Shown here: piece after piece, positions 1 through 9,521 of the stretch
Layout of the letters: each line of letters opens with the position of its first letter
Numbering within the stretch: position 1 is the first letter of the stretch
Assembly: GCA_964612745.1 (NCBI GenBank)
Contig: CAZTCH010000002.1
Span: 1,009 to 65,008 of the forward strand
DNA length: 64,000 bases
Direction: 5' to 3'
DNA from: an uncultured Candidatus Saccharibacteria bacterium
Lineage (GTDB): Bacteria; Patescibacteriota; Doudnabacteria; UBA920
Notes under the pieces: generated by a model
What the model saw: only the letters and a program-made list of their open reading frames with translations
Told to the model about the DNA's origin: nothing
The model's database searches: none
Program-made: the position numbers and the translations under genes

Positions 1-766
1 CGGTCACAAATCGTGCAATGCGCTTTGGCGCTGCCCAGACTGCGGCGAGCGCTACAAGCAAGTACGCCAAAATCCAAATTGCACCACCGAACAGTGCCGC
101 GCGTGCAACTTCCATTGCAGTACGTTCAGCGTGAATTGCTGTGTAGTCGATAGTGCTCACTTGTGCACCTTCCATGACTACTGGTTCTTTCTGTGCTTGA
201 ATGGAAATAGTACCCTTCGCCACTGCCTTCGCGCCAAAGGTAACCATGTCTGCACCCTTTACCACGACTGGTCCAGTTATGGTGTTGTTGATGCTAATAA
301 CACCACCACCAATCCACAACTTACCAGTCACTGGAGCGTCAATGGAAATAGTACCGCCAGCAATAATCAGATCGCCACCAATTTTAGCGCGTTCGCTAAT
401 GGAAATTTTTCCACCAGCCACAATGACGTCGCCCACTACCTCGCTGTTAATGGTCAGTGTACCACCAGCAGCACGGACATCGCCACCTACTTTATTGTTC
501 AAGACGACTGTACCACCAGCCACGACTACGTCTGACTCGACAGGACCGTCTATGGTAATGCTACCACCAGCGACGTAGGCGTCACCCGAAACAGTGCTGT
601 TTACGGTAACGTTACTCCCTGCAGTGTACAAATTTTTGTAAGTCGCAGTAGTACTTAACACAACATCGCCCGTGTCGTCGGATGGGGCAGCAAAATCTGC
701 TGCAAGCGCAGGAGTCGCCACCAAGGCAAACACACTGCACAAAAAGAGAAACGCGAATTTACGCAT
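1..766 (-). CDS. Secreted beta-helix repeat protein (bactofilin/DUF583-like G-x-I-x-I repeats), C-terminus runs off window
   Basis: Manual minus-strand translation from ATG at 766: MRKFAFLFLCSVFALVATPALA signal peptide, then repeated GGxIxI..V.GDV.VAGG units. The + strand ORFs at 131-578 are compositionally odd shadows of it. Confidence 0.45.
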   Translation of the reverse strand, partial: MRKFAFLFLCSVFALVATPALAADFAAPSDDTGDVVLSTTATYKNLYTAGSNVTVNSTVSGDAYVAGGSITIDGPVESDVVVAGGTVVLNNKVGGDVRAAGGTLTINSEVVGDVIVAGGKISISERAKIGGDLIIAGGTISIDAPVTGKLWIGGGVISINNTITGPVVVKGADMVTFGAKAVAKGTISIQAQKEPVVMEGAQVSTIDYTAIHAERTAMEVARAALFGGAIWILAYLLVALAAVWAAPKRIARFVT

Positions 767-786
767 AAAATTACTGAAGAGATTAA

Positions 787-814
787 TAAAAGCTATACTG
801 TAGTATAGCTTTTT
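787..814. terminator. Palindromic hairpin aaaagctatactgtagtatagctttt with flanking T/A runs, downstream of the 845..1702 minus gene
   Basis: Perfect 10-bp stem inverted repeat seen directly. Confidence 0.5.
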
Positions 815-844
815 TGGGCAAAAAATGGAAGAAACCAACTCTTG

Positions 845-1702
845 CTAAAACAAAGTCTGCCCCTGCTCCCCTGCACCAGTTTTAGCCTTTTTTACCTTTT
901 TTACAGGCACCTCGAGTACCGGTACAGACGCCGCAGGAGGGGTTACTTGTTTTACTTCCACCACTTGTGTACCCACCCGATAGTTACAGTACTCGCAGTC
1001 TGGCGAAAGCGCGGGAAGTTCTCCCAATAAGCATGCCTTCATGCGCTCCAGTTGGCCGTCCACCCAATCGCTCGACCCTGTGTACGCAATGAGCGCGACA
1101 TCAAACTCCAAGCGAGCGTGGAATGCTGGCAAATCTTTTTTGGCGTTTACGTACACAAAGTAGCCGGTGTTGGAAACAGAAAAACCATTTTGCCGGAGCA
1201 ACCACTGGTATATTTCCATTTGCCTGCGGTACTGGTCATGCCACTTGGTGTCTTCCAACTGCACAACTGGTGCATCTTTGCTGGTGGCTTTATAGTCCAC
1301 CACCAAGAGCTCTCCTGTAGGTGTCACCCACACGTCATCAACCGCACCAAATACCAGCAAGTTTGTGGGCGCATGCAATGTTTGCACCCCCACAAAATTT
1401 TCTCGCCACTGGTCTAACTGCTCATGGCGAAATGGTACAGCGTCTATACCATACTGCTCTTGCAACGGGTGCTTTGTGCCTACTGCGCGGTGCGCGTCAA
1501 ATTCTTTTTTTAGCAGCACGTCCACGGCAATGTTCAAAGTAAAACTCGCCATGCTCGGACGTTTGCAGCCAAACCGCGCTTCCATGTAATAGCAGCGCGG
1601 ACAATCCATGAAAAAATCTATTTTGCTTCTGGACACACGAAAAGGCTCTGGGGACTGTGGATCAAAGGTGCGTGGTTTGTAGGACTTGTAAAATGCTGCC
1701 AT
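845..1702 (-). CDS. PD-(D/E)XK nuclease superfamily protein (Cas4/RecB-like fold with 4 Cys)
   Basis: D..VDD...VDYK catalytic-type motif; N-terminal CPRCYY plus C-terminal CEYCNY cysteines. Confidence 0.45.
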   Translation of the reverse strand: MAAFYKSYKPRTFDPQSPEPFRVSRSKIDFFMDCPRCYYMEARFGCKRPSMASFTLNIAVDVLLKKEFDAHRAVGTKHPLQEQYGIDAVPFRHEQLDQWRENFVGVQTLHAPTNLLVFGAVDDVWVTPTGELLVVDYKATSKDAPVVQLEDTKWHDQYRRQMEIYQWLLRQNGFSVSNTGYFVYVNAKKDLPAFHARLEFDVALIAYTGSSDWVDGQLERMKACLLGELPALSPDCEYCNYRVGTQVVEVKQVTPPAASVPVLEVPVKKVKKAKTGAGEQGQTLF

Positions 1703-1760
1703 AGGTAAAATCCGTTCTTATTCGCTGTATTATAGCACGCAGCAACAAACCAGAGCAGCG

Positions 1761-3236
1761 CTATGCAGCAGCCTCGTGTCTACCTCGGTGCTTAATCCTT
1801 CTGGGACTTACCACTCGTTTCCCACTCAAACTACGAATATCTTTCGGGTCAAAGATAGCCGCTGGGAGCACTTTCCCTGCCAGCACCTGCGCAATTTTCC
1901 ACCCACCGTACAAAGATGGCATGAGCCCCACGCCGTTACACCCTAAGTTGTACAACATGACTGGGTTTAAAGGCTCAGCACCAATAAGTCGTACACCGTT
2001 CGGTGTAAAACCCATTAAGCCATGCCACAAGAACTTATACTCCACACGGTCGTCTGTATCGCGTTTGTAGGTGTAGCGCAAAAATGTGTCTATTTGCTCC
2101 CGCGCTTCTGCAGGAAACGGGTGCTCGACGTTGTAGTTGTTCGTGTCGTCCATGAGCGCCTCTGGCCCACCAATGCAGATTAAGTTTTGCGCCCGCCCTT
2201 CGTGTACAAATGGGCGTCTGGTTAAGTAGAAGTATGGGTCTTCGGCATAAATATCCGCACCGTGATTACCCGTCGATTTTGGTAAGTAACTAATTTCTGC
2301 TGGTGGCTTCCCTTCTGCTTCCAAGTAACCAGCCATGTAGCCAACAATACCACGCACCAAGTAGTGGAATTTTTTACTGACACTTTCGCCAACGGCGTTC
2401 ACGAGTGTAATATTTTCAAAACCGTTGGTGCACAACACCACCCGTCCAGCTTCTACCACTTGTCCAGCGTGCAACAGCAACTCACCATGCGCACTGTGCA
2501 ACGTCAGCCGTGCCACTGGAGCTTGCTCTGCGAGTGTAAACCGCTCGGGGTAGGTAGCAAGTAAGTACAAAGCCAGCTCTTCGGTAAACAGCGCACTGTT
2601 CATGACCCCTTTTTGTTCAGGAAGTACTGCAAAATAATCTTCGTCTGCAGTTTCCAAAAGTTCCAAGAGCTCTGCTTTGGGCACCATTCGGTACAGTTCT
2701 TTGTAGAGTGCAGGAATTCTCGCACTGTGTACGTACGCGTCTGACACGAGCACTACCGGCGCCGAAAGTCCTGCTTTTTTTCTAAGTGCGTTATTGCGCA
2801 GATGCACCAGCAGTTCTTCTTCTGTGGCAATCGCTGCATATCCCGTAAACTTCCAGAGTGGTGTAGAAAGCTTTGCATCGGCCCGTATTTCTTCCAAAAG
2901 TTCCCAACTCGAATCAATTGCTCTTTGGGCATCTGCTGCCATTTCGAAACCAAACTCTTGGATAAGACTTTTAAAACTGCGTTCAAAGTAGGTCGCCAAA
3001 AATCCGCCATTGTGGCCCGTAGCACCGTGTGCCACTTTCCCCGCTTCTAACACCACCACAGTTTTCTGCGTATGTTTCAACGTAAAATACGCCGTTGCAA
3101 TCCCTGCAATCCCTGCTCCAACTATTGCCACGTCTACCTGCATATTTCCGGTAAGCAGGGCTTCTGGACGAGTTCGGTTTAATTGGTGTAACCAAGGAGA
3201 GTAATTTGTGTGCATAAAAAAAAGAAACCGACACAA
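1761..3236 (-). CDS. FAD-dependent oxidoreductase (DAO family); true start probably the internal MQVDVAIVGAG near 3143
   Basis: VAIVGAGIAGIATA Rossmann dinucleotide-binding motif. Confidence 0.6.
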   Translation of the reverse strand: MCRFLFFMHTNYSPWLHQLNRTRPEALLTGNMQVDVAIVGAGIAGIATAYFTLKHTQKTVVVLEAGKVAHGATGHNGGFLATYFERSFKSLIQEFGFEMAADAQRAIDSSWELLEEIRADAKLSTPLWKFTGYAAIATEEELLVHLRNNALRKKAGLSAPVVLVSDAYVHSARIPALYKELYRMVPKAELLELLETADEDYFAVLPEQKGVMNSALFTEELALYLLATYPERFTLAEQAPVARLTLHSAHGELLLHAGQVVEAGRVVLCTNGFENITLVNAVGESVSKKFHYLVRGIVGYMAGYLEAEGKPPAEISYLPKSTGNHGADIYAEDPYFYLTRRPFVHEGRAQNLICIGGPEALMDDTNNYNVEHPFPAEAREQIDTFLRYTYKRDTDDRVEYKFLWHGLMGFTPNGVRLIGAEPLNPVMLYNLGCNGVGLMPSLYGGWKIAQVLAGKVLPAAIFDPKDIRSLSGKRVVSPRRIKHRGRHEAAA

Positions 3237-3480
3237 AAAATGCGCCGATAGTAACTAATGCGTAAACGCGACTCAAGCACGCATTCAAGGCACGGGTAGT
3301 ATAGCACGAGTAGCGGGATAGGTTATAGGAGGTTAGGAATTAGATTGAAACACAGTCGAAAAAGTATTTCTAAAAGCTAGCAGCTAGTTCCTAGTCCCTA
3401 TTTACACACCTCCAGTTTCCATGGTTAAATGGTTCTATACCTACAGTCGCTACCTCCCTACTTCGTCTCATAGTCACTCT

Positions 3481-3523
3481 GGCGTGAAGACCTTAAGACT
3501 TTATAACCTGACGACTCCCCTCG
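3481..3523 (+). repeat. Copy 1 of GGCGTGAAGACCTTAAGAC...CTGACGACTC motif family, about 50 bp upstream of the 3573 start
   Basis: Near-identical strings at 5841-5886, 22406-22445 and, reverse-oriented, 49100-49133. Confidence 0.55.
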
Positions 3524-3572
3524 TTGCTCTTCTGGCTACAACCTACTCCCTACCACCTAACTCCTAATTCCT

Positions 3573-3953
3573 ATGTCCCTCACCACCACCCGCGACCACT
3601 TACTACATCTTCATAAAGCACTACTGGACTACCAGAAAACTGCGTACGAAGCCACTCACCCAGCAGTCCAGAACCCGAACCACTACTACCAACTGGTACT
3701 GGGTGATCCAGCATTTGCATGGCTCCGCACTTTATCTGCACTGGTAGTCAGCATAGACGAACTACTAGAAAAGCCAGCGGAACTGACTGATGCAAAAGAA
3801 GCAGAAATCGCTACCTACACCAGAAGACTCCTGACCATTTCTAACCAAACAGACGAGTTTAGCACCAACTACCAAGCAGCAATAGGCAATTCAGAAACAG
3901 TTGCAGCGCTCCACGCGCAAGTACTACAAGCTCTCGACACAAAAGCTGCTTAG
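3573..3953 (+). CDS. Hypothetical protein
   Basis: 126-aa ORF, followed by an intrinsic terminator at 3964-4002. Confidence 0.4.
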   Translation: MSLTTTRDHLLHLHKALLDYQKTAYEATHPAVQNPNHYYQLVLGDPAFAWLRTLSALVVSIDELLEKPAELTDAKEAEIATYTRRLLTISNQTDEFSTNYQAAIGNSETVAALHAQVLQALDTKAA

Positions 3954-3963
3954 TCTATAACAT

Positions 3964-4002
3964 AAAAGGTCACCCCTGCGCTATGCAAAGGTGACCTTTT
4001 GT
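3964..4002 (+). terminator. Rho-independent terminator (aaaggtcacc...ggtgaccttt then a T-run)
   Basis: 9-bp perfect stem plus TTTTGTATT. Confidence 0.6.
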
Positions 4003-4050
4003 ATTGTGTCTAGAAGATGCCCATCAAGACAAACTACACCGTTTGAAATT

Positions 4051-5217
4051 TTATTGTATTTTTAGCCGAATAATTTTGTCATCCCCCGCCGTGATCTTAC
4101 CCCGCCCATCGGTGTTCGATGTAGTAATGTACAAAAAGCCATCTGGCCCAAGCACCACCGCACGCAGCCTGCCGTATGTATTTCGTAACTGTACAGAAAG
4201 GTCAACTGTAGCGTCTGCATTGATCTTGCCCACATACAGAGACTGGCCACGCAAACCGGTAAAATACAATTTTCCATTTGCATACGCCATGCCTGCAGGC
4301 GCCCAAGTTTCTTTGGTGCCAGAATTAACCACCGGCGATACCATACCTACTTTTGTTTCAACCCCTCGAATCACTGGCCAGCCATAGTTTTTGCCAGACT
4401 CAATGCGGTTAAGCTCATCACTTCCTGATTGCAGACCAGAAGGCCCATGCTCAGTCGCCCAAAGCCTGCCTTGGTCGTCCCACGCAAGCCCTTGCGGATT
4501 ACGATGCCCGTAGGAATACACTGTATTTCCAAACGGATTACTTTCTGGAATAGACCCATCATCTCGCACCCGTAAAATCTTTCCTGCAAGAGAGGTAACG
4601 TCTTGTGCTAACTCCGGTTTTTCTGCGTCACCTGTGGTTATATACAAATACCCATCTGGCCCAAACGCAATCCTACCACCATCGTGATTGCTGCTCCCAG
4701 GGATATTCTCTAAAATACTTTTCCTGTCTCGTAATGTGTTGTTTTCTAAACGGTAGCTTTCCACTCTATTGGTCAGCGCACCACCAACACGCGTCGTTGC
4801 GTATACATAGACACGTTGATTATTTTGAAAATCTGGGTGCAACGCCATGCCGAGCAAGCCGCCCTCCCCCACTGCAACAACACCCGCAACAGGTATGGTT
4901 GCTTTCGTTGGAGTAATGCGCACCACACTCCCCGCGCGCTCTGTTACCAACATGCTGCCATCTGGTAAGAAAACCAGCTCCCATGGCGCACGTAAATCTT
5001 TTGCCACCACCTCTTCCACGGGCCCTGCTTGAGTGCTCGCTGGATTTACCGGAGCAATAGTCGGAAGCGTGCTTGCCGTGGGTGCAAATACAAGTGGCAA
5101 AATAGCGCCTCTATTGAACCATACCACACCCACAACAACCAAAACTAGTACCACGCTACCCAGCGCAATTTTTGTATACGTTTTCATAGAAACTACAGCT
5201 ACCGTTAACTTGTACAA
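4051..5217 (-). CDS. PQQ-dependent sugar (glucose/sorbosone) dehydrogenase, membrane anchored
   Basis: GLLGMALHPDF family signature; beta-propeller-like repeats; N-terminal TM helix. Confidence 0.6.
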   Translation of the reverse strand: MYKLTVAVVSMKTYTKIALGSVVLVLVVVGVVWFNRGAILPLVFAPTASTLPTIAPVNPASTQAGPVEEVVAKDLRAPWELVFLPDGSMLVTERAGSVVRITPTKATIPVAGVVAVGEGGLLGMALHPDFQNNQRVYVYATTRVGGALTNRVESYRLENNTLRDRKSILENIPGSSNHDGGRIAFGPDGYLYITTGDAEKPELAQDVTSLAGKILRVRDDGSIPESNPFGNTVYSYGHRNPQGLAWDDQGRLWATEHGPSGLQSGSDELNRIESGKNYGWPVIRGVETKVGMVSPVVNSGTKETWAPAGMAYANGKLYFTGLRGQSLYVGKINADATVDLSVQLRNTYGRLRAVVLGPDGFLYITTSNTDGRGKITAGDDKIIRLKIQ

Positions 5218-5265
5218 TGCAAAACTAACTTTATCTAGAAGATGCCCATCGAGACGTTTAATTGA

Positions 5266-5490
5266 TTACCAACCACGAATGGTGCCCACATAGAGAGCTT
5301 CTACCTGTTCCCGCGCCCACGGGGTCCGTCGCAAAAATTTTAAGCTCGATGCAACGCTTGGATTAACCACAAAGCAATTTATTTTAATACGCTCTCCTAA
5401 ATTAGCCCACCCATACTCCGCCACTAAAAACTCCAAAATAGCTTGGAGCGTTTTTCCATGTAGCGGGTCGTTTGTGTGGCTATTTTCCAT
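5266..5490 (-). CDS. DUF2132 (VF530-like) small protein
   Basis: LHGKTL..ILEFLV..YGW..L...I.INCF...PS..SSLKFLRRTPWAR pattern. Confidence 0.45.
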   Translation of the reverse strand: MENSHTNDPLHGKTLQAILEFLVAEYGWANLGERIKINCFVVNPSVASSLKFLRRTPWAREQVEALYVGTIRGW

Positions 5491-5519
5491 CTCAGTATTT
5501 CAGCAGTCGCAATACATGT

Positions 5520-5753
5520 TTACTTTTTCCAACGAGGAGCAAAACGGATCATGAAAGTAGCAAAGCGAGCAAACAATTTGTTTGACCCGTGTGCAACCAT
5601 GCTGTCGTACACCACTTTTTGGAATTCTTTTATGTCTGTACCTTCGTAGCACAGCTTGCCGTCTTTATAGCACAAGCTGCAGTACTTGTCGGATTCACGT
5701 TTGCCCGTATCTTTTGCAAAGGGCATCATGCAACTTTCGCAATATTGGTTCAT
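5520..5753 (-). CDS. Putative zinc-ribbon domain protein
   Basis: CESC...KYCSLC cysteine pairs in a 77-aa protein. Confidence 0.4.
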   Translation of the reverse strand: MNQYCESCMMPFAKDTGKRESDKYCSLCYKDGKLCYEGTDIKEFQKVVYDSMVAHGSNKLFARFATFMIRFAPRWKK

Positions 5754-5840
5754 ATGGTTTTAAATAGAAGAATTAGAAGAAATAGTAGAAGTAGAAGAAT
5801 TAGCCTCCCATACGGGAAAATAAGTAATTTTCAATTTTTG

Positions 5841-5886
5841 TCTGGCGTGAAGACGTTAAGACATGAAGACCTGACGACTCTTCTCC
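5841..5886 (+). repeat. Copy 2 of the GGCGTGAAGAC..TTAAGACATGAAGACCTGACGACTC motif
   Basis: Sequence identity to 3481-3523. Confidence 0.55.
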
Positions 5887-5899
5887 TTCTTACTAACGC

Positions 5900-6340
5900 C
5901 TATGCTTGCCTTTTCTCCGCAAGGCCTTCTGCGTACAACTTAAACGACTGCAAAATACTTTGCCACCCTTGTTGCTGCATGACTACAGTGTTTTCTGTTT
6001 CTGGGTCAAAGTGTTCGGTTATGCGCACACCCCCAGGCTCTTGCGCAAACAATACGCTCACTTTTCTTCCATCGTCCATGGTGTAAGCCAACTCCTTTTT
6101 TGGAACAATGTGGGTGTATGTTCCCCCAAAATCAAAACCCGCACTCCCATCTTTGGCTTCCATGCGAGCAGTCAGCTTACCACCCACTTCCAAGTTGTTT
6201 GTAGCAGTGGTAGTGTGCCAATCACTCGAGGCAGCGTTCCATTGCACAATGTGCTCTGGAGTAATCCACGCTTCCCACACTGTCTCTAGTGGAGCCACGA
6301 CACTTACTTCTACCGTCACTTGTTCATTTGTATCTGTCAT
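5900..6340 (-). CDS. SRPBCC/Aha1-like domain protein
   Basis: Aha1/START-like composition; the overlapping + ORF is an antisense artefact. Confidence 0.5.
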   Translation of the reverse strand: MTDTNEQVTVEVSVVAPLETVWEAWITPEHIVQWNAASSDWHTTTATNNLEVGGKLTARMEAKDGSAGFDFGGTYTHIVPKKELAYTMDDGRKVSVLFAQEPGGVRITEHFDPETENTVVMQQQGWQSILQSFKLYAEGLAEKRQA

Positions 6341-6375
6341 ATGTATATAGCAACGCTAAACCAAACTAATTTAAA

Positions 6376-6801
6376 TTACAAAGACAAGAAAAATGCGGTC
6401 AACATGAGCGCTACCAATTGGTAGGAAAGCATAACAAATATCTGCTTTGCCCAAAACTTCTTCTTGGTGTTTGCCCACATAACAGCAGAAATTTGTGTTG
6501 GTGCAAAGAAGCCCAACCAAAGCCAGCCAGCAACGCCGTAGGCATGAAAGCTAGGTTCGCCAGCACGCATGTAATGGATAACCATTGCCAAAACAAATGT
6601 AGACACAATGGTTAAGACTAACTGCAAGCCGTAGAACGGTGCCATTTCTTTTTGCATCTGCTCTAATTCTGCTTTGGTGGCGTTTGTCTTTTCCATTATT
6701 TGCATCCACCATTTCCCAAACATGAGCGGCGAATACCATAACGCACCAAGCACAAATTGCACGAGCACTGCCACTGCAAACCACATCGCATTTATTTCCA
6801 T
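6376..6801 (-). CDS. DUF1761 membrane protein
   Basis: WYSPLMFGKWWM motif; 4 TM segments. Confidence 0.5.
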   Translation of the reverse strand: MEINAMWFAVAVLVQFVLGALWYSPLMFGKWWMQIMEKTNATKAELEQMQKEMAPFYGLQLVLTIVSTFVLAMVIHYMRAGEPSFHAYGVAGWLWLGFFAPTQISAVMWANTKKKFWAKQIFVMLSYQLVALMLTAFFLSL

Positions 6802-6845
6802 ACAATACCTTTTTTAATTCCTACTTATACTATAGCAAACCAAAA

Positions 6846-7241
6846 CTACTCTTTGTCATTCCACGGAAAGCCCCACTGCCACTTTGGCTTTTCCCCTTTT
6901 TTGTAACAAATGCGTAAGAGCGTCACCGTAAGTAACACTGCCGGAAGCACGAACAGAAACATGACTTCGCGCCCCGAAGAGCGTTCATCTATCGTGAGCG
7001 CGCACAGCACCAGCGCCGCAACATATACCCCCACCGTAAGCCAACCCTGCCACGTCACAGGGGTCCACCCCCACCCAAACCCTTTGCGTTTGAACCACAA
7101 ATGGTTTGGATTGTTTCGGACATAGTCCATATACTGCCTAAATAGTTTCATATGTTTTACTGCCAAGTGTGTTGGCAAGATTATATATATAGTATATTCC
7201 CCCACGTACCGACCGTCTAGATGACTACGCCCATATCCCAA
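6846..7241 (-). CDS. Hypothetical membrane protein
   Basis: Hydrophobic segments; uncertain start. Confidence 0.3.
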   Translation of the reverse strand: MGYGRSHLDGRYVGEYTIYIILPTHLAVKHMKLFRQYMDYVRNNPNHLWFKRKGFGWGWTPVTWQGWLTVGVYVAALVLCALTIDERSSGREVMFLFVLPAVLLTVTLLRICYKKGEKPKWQWGFPWNDKE

Positions 7242-7292
7242 ATGGTAAAAGTACTATATGCTTACCAGTAGTAACTAACAAAGCATAACAAA

Positions 7293-7517
7293 ATGAAAGA
7301 AATGACTTGCGCCGCCATGGGTGGCCCTGCAGAATGCACAACCATAATCTCGGGTGAAACCGCCGAAGAAATGGCAGCCAACGGCACCGCTCATGTAATG
7401 GCCTCCCACCCTGACATAGCAGCTCAAATGGGCTCCATGTCCGAAGAAGAAAAAGCCGAGTGGACAACCAAACACAACGAAGCTTTTGCAGCACTTCCAG
7501 AAGTAGCAGCAGAATAA
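7293..7517 (+). CDS. DUF1059 small protein
   Basis: MKEMTCAAMGGPAEC...GETAEEM pattern; terminator follows. Confidence 0.45.
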   Translation: MKEMTCAAMGGPAECTTIISGETAEEMAANGTAHVMASHPDIAAQMGSMSEEEKAEWTTKHNEAFAALPEVAAE

Positions 7518-7522
7518 CCCCA

Positions 7523-7548
7523 CCCCGACGCCTGTCGGGGTTTTTTAT
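7523..7548 (+). terminator. Rho-independent terminator ccccgacgcctgtcggggtttttt
   Basis: GC stem plus a T-run. Confidence 0.6.
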
Positions 7549-7660
7549 TTAAAATAAAAAAATGACGCCGGTTCTTGTGTAAACACAAGTCGTGCGCCAA
7601 GCTGGCAATCCCAGCCGTATCAATACCCTTCCTCAAATTTAGTCGCGACTTACTCTGAGT

Positions 7661-8098
7661 CTAAAAAGTTTGTGCTGTGCGGATAAATCCATACGACTGG
7701 GCACCAAAGGCATGCCCACGCATGATATCTCTTAAACCTCGGTATTCCTCCGGATAACCAAGGTTAAAAGAAAATCTATTCGCCCACCAATAGTAACGAA
7801 ACCCTTCCACTTCAAGAAACTCCTGCCATCTCTCGGGGACAAACTCCACCAGCTTACAGTTATACCCCCTGCCGGCTGATGTGAGACATACGCGCATCGG
7901 CCTCTTGTCTATTCTTACTACTTTTACCCAAGGAGCGGTTAGATGCATGCCCGCTCGCACGTCTACGCTCGTCTCGCCAGTCAGATAATTCCTCTGTATA
8001 GCAAGATGGTACGCTTCTGTGTAATGAAAGCAGAAAAGATAACAACAAACCGATAGAGTCAATATGCCGTCGGCGATAGCGACTTTACTGATAGTCAC
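7661..8098 (-). CDS. Membrane-anchored hypothetical protein, paralog A (GTG start overlapping the upstream stop as GTGA)
   Basis: Shares RPM.VC....NCKLVEF.P....EQFL motif with the 8095..8727 protein. Confidence 0.45.
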   Translation of the reverse strand: MTISKVAIADGILTLSVCCYLFCFHYTEAYHLAIQRNYLTGETSVDVRAGMHLTAPWVKVVRIDKRPMRVCLTSAGRGYNCKLVEFVPERWQEFLEVEGFRYYWWANRFSFNLGYPEEYRGLRDIMRGHAFGAQSYGFIRTAQTF

Positions 8099-8727
8099 TT
8101 TACCTCCGTTGTTGGCACAGCACTAGGAGTAGGGACCACTCCTACCCCACTAGCCTCGTCCGGTTTAAGCTCGCGTTTAATCGTGAGGAACGGATAGGAC
8201 TTTCCGCTGCCGTCATACGCATAGCTTTTCAGAATGTCCGGCAGCCGGCTTTCGTCGCCGCTATAATCGTCGCGACCATGCCATGCCAGAAATTGCTCAA
8301 GACCAGCAGGGTTAAACTCGACAAGCTTGCAGTTAAGCACGCGAGAGTTTGCGTTATTGCAAACCTGCATCGGACGCAAATCAATCTTGTGTACTTTGAC
8401 CAGAAAGGGTGGTGTAATAACATACCCCGTCCTGCCAATGCGTTCAATTTTGCCCGACCTAGCATCGTATTTGTACGCCAACTCATAGTTGTCAACAAAA
8501 TCAACGCAAAGAGCGTAAAACGCGCCAACGCCGATAAGCAAGGTAACAAACAGAACCGCAACAAGTATCAGAGCCTTAACCCAAAGGCTAAACTCTGTGA
8601 ACCAGCTTGTTATGTGTTCAGCGACTTCCTCAACGGATCCTTGTTCCATGACTTCCTCCTGGATTGATTGTAAAAGTGGTAAACTACGTATTTTTTGCAA
8701 CAACGCCTGTTGCAAACTCGAAACCAA
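8095..8727 (-). CDS. Membrane-anchored hypothetical protein, paralog B (possible SPFH-like fold)
   Basis: TM helix then a conserved block shared with paralog A. Confidence 0.45.
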   Translation of the reverse strand: MVSSLQQALLQKIRSLPLLQSIQEEVMEQGSVEEVAEHITSWFTEFSLWVKALILVAVLFVTLLIGVGAFYALCVDFVDNYELAYKYDARSGKIERIGRTGYVITPPFLVKVHKIDLRPMQVCNNANSRVLNCKLVEFNPAGLEQFLAWHGRDDYSGDESRLPDILKSYAYDGSGKSYPFLTIKRELKPDEASGVGVVPTPSAVPTTEVK

Positions 8728-8878
8728 TCAACTGCGTGCTAACACCAAAAATGGTATAGTGCGCATGTGAAAAGCCTTGAAGAATGCATTATACAATAAA
8801 ATTGTACTATTGTCCATAGTAAACTTAGGTAATAATGACCATTTTTTGCAATAAAATATAGGTAGAGTAAGGGACATT

Positions 8879-8920
8879 AAAAGCCAACACTTTTCACGGC
8901 CGTGAAAAGTGTTGGCTTTT
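8879..8920. repeat. Hairpin family copy H1 aaaagccAACACTTttcacggccgtgaaAAGTGTTggctttt
   Basis: Perfect 16-bp stem, conserved loop TTCACGGCCGTGAA; immediately 5' of R1. Confidence 0.7.
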
Positions 8921-8926
8921 AAATTA

Positions 8927-8948
8927 TTACGAAGGTGACCATGGTAAC
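8927..8948. repeat. Array repeat R1 ttacgaaggtgaccatggtaac
   Basis: One of 11 copies of the 22-26 bp conserved repeat. Confidence 0.8.
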
Positions 8949-9014
8949 TACAATATCGCTACAAGACAACCCCTAAGGCTCACCGTATGAAGATTTTGAC
9001 CACGTACAAAGCAA

Positions 9015-9521
9015 TTACGCCTGCGCTGGTTTATTCAATTCTTGTTCAGCTTTTTCTGCAAGGTCTAAAAAGTCCCCCACGTCTGCCACACTCATTTCTC
9101 GGGGAACGTAATCTTTTATACAAAAGACCCCTACAGGCATATTACTCGCGCGGTCATACAAAGATTTACCTGCGTAAAATCGTATATGCGGCTCCCCTAC
9201 CACCATTGGATTGTCTGCAAAACACGGGTCGGCCAGTGTGTCGTTAATAATTAAAATAACTTGCGACAACAACGCATGTCCACAAAAAGAAATATCCCGC
9301 GGTCCCCCAGTGGACTGCAGCCCCTGCACGGACTTAAACCACTCTCGGGCTTTATCCACAAGTGCAATAGTAGAGATTGGCACACCGAATCTTTTGACTG
9401 CTTCTCTCGTAAGACAGTCGAACCTTTCTTCTGCTGCAGTGTCTAACAAATGTAAACCCTGCACTGCACAAACGCGCTCTACATCGTTCTCTGGAATTGG
9501 TGCTTTTTGCATATGTAACAA
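9015..9521 (-). CDS. GAF domain protein
   Basis: GAF-like pattern (DTAAEERF...FCGHALL). Confidence 0.55.
   Translation of the reverse strand: MLHMQKAPIPENDVERVCAVQGLHLLDTAAEERFDCLTREAVKRFGVPISTIALVDKAREWFKSVQGLQSTGGPRDISFCGHALLSQVILIINDTLADPCFADNPMVVGEPHIRFYAGKSLYDRASNMPVGVFCIKDYVPREMSVADVGDFLDLAEKAEQELNKPAQA

Noticed and set aside
131-578. Plus-strand ORFs 131..535 and 201..578
   Set aside because: Cys/His/Trp-rich, repetitive translations. They are frame shadows of the minus-strand beta-helix repeat gene that starts at 766.
5906-6289. Plus-strand 127-aa ORF
   Set aside because: Antisense to the well-formed SRPBCC gene at 5900..6340, and begins inside a repeat motif.
8927-8948. Idea that the repeat is an artificial cloning linker (contains BstEII GGTGACC and NcoI CCATGG)
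   Set aside because: Copies carry natural-looking point divergence (R2, R3, R5, R9, R10) and are embedded in matching longer degenerate modules. This is inconsistent with a synthetic insert.
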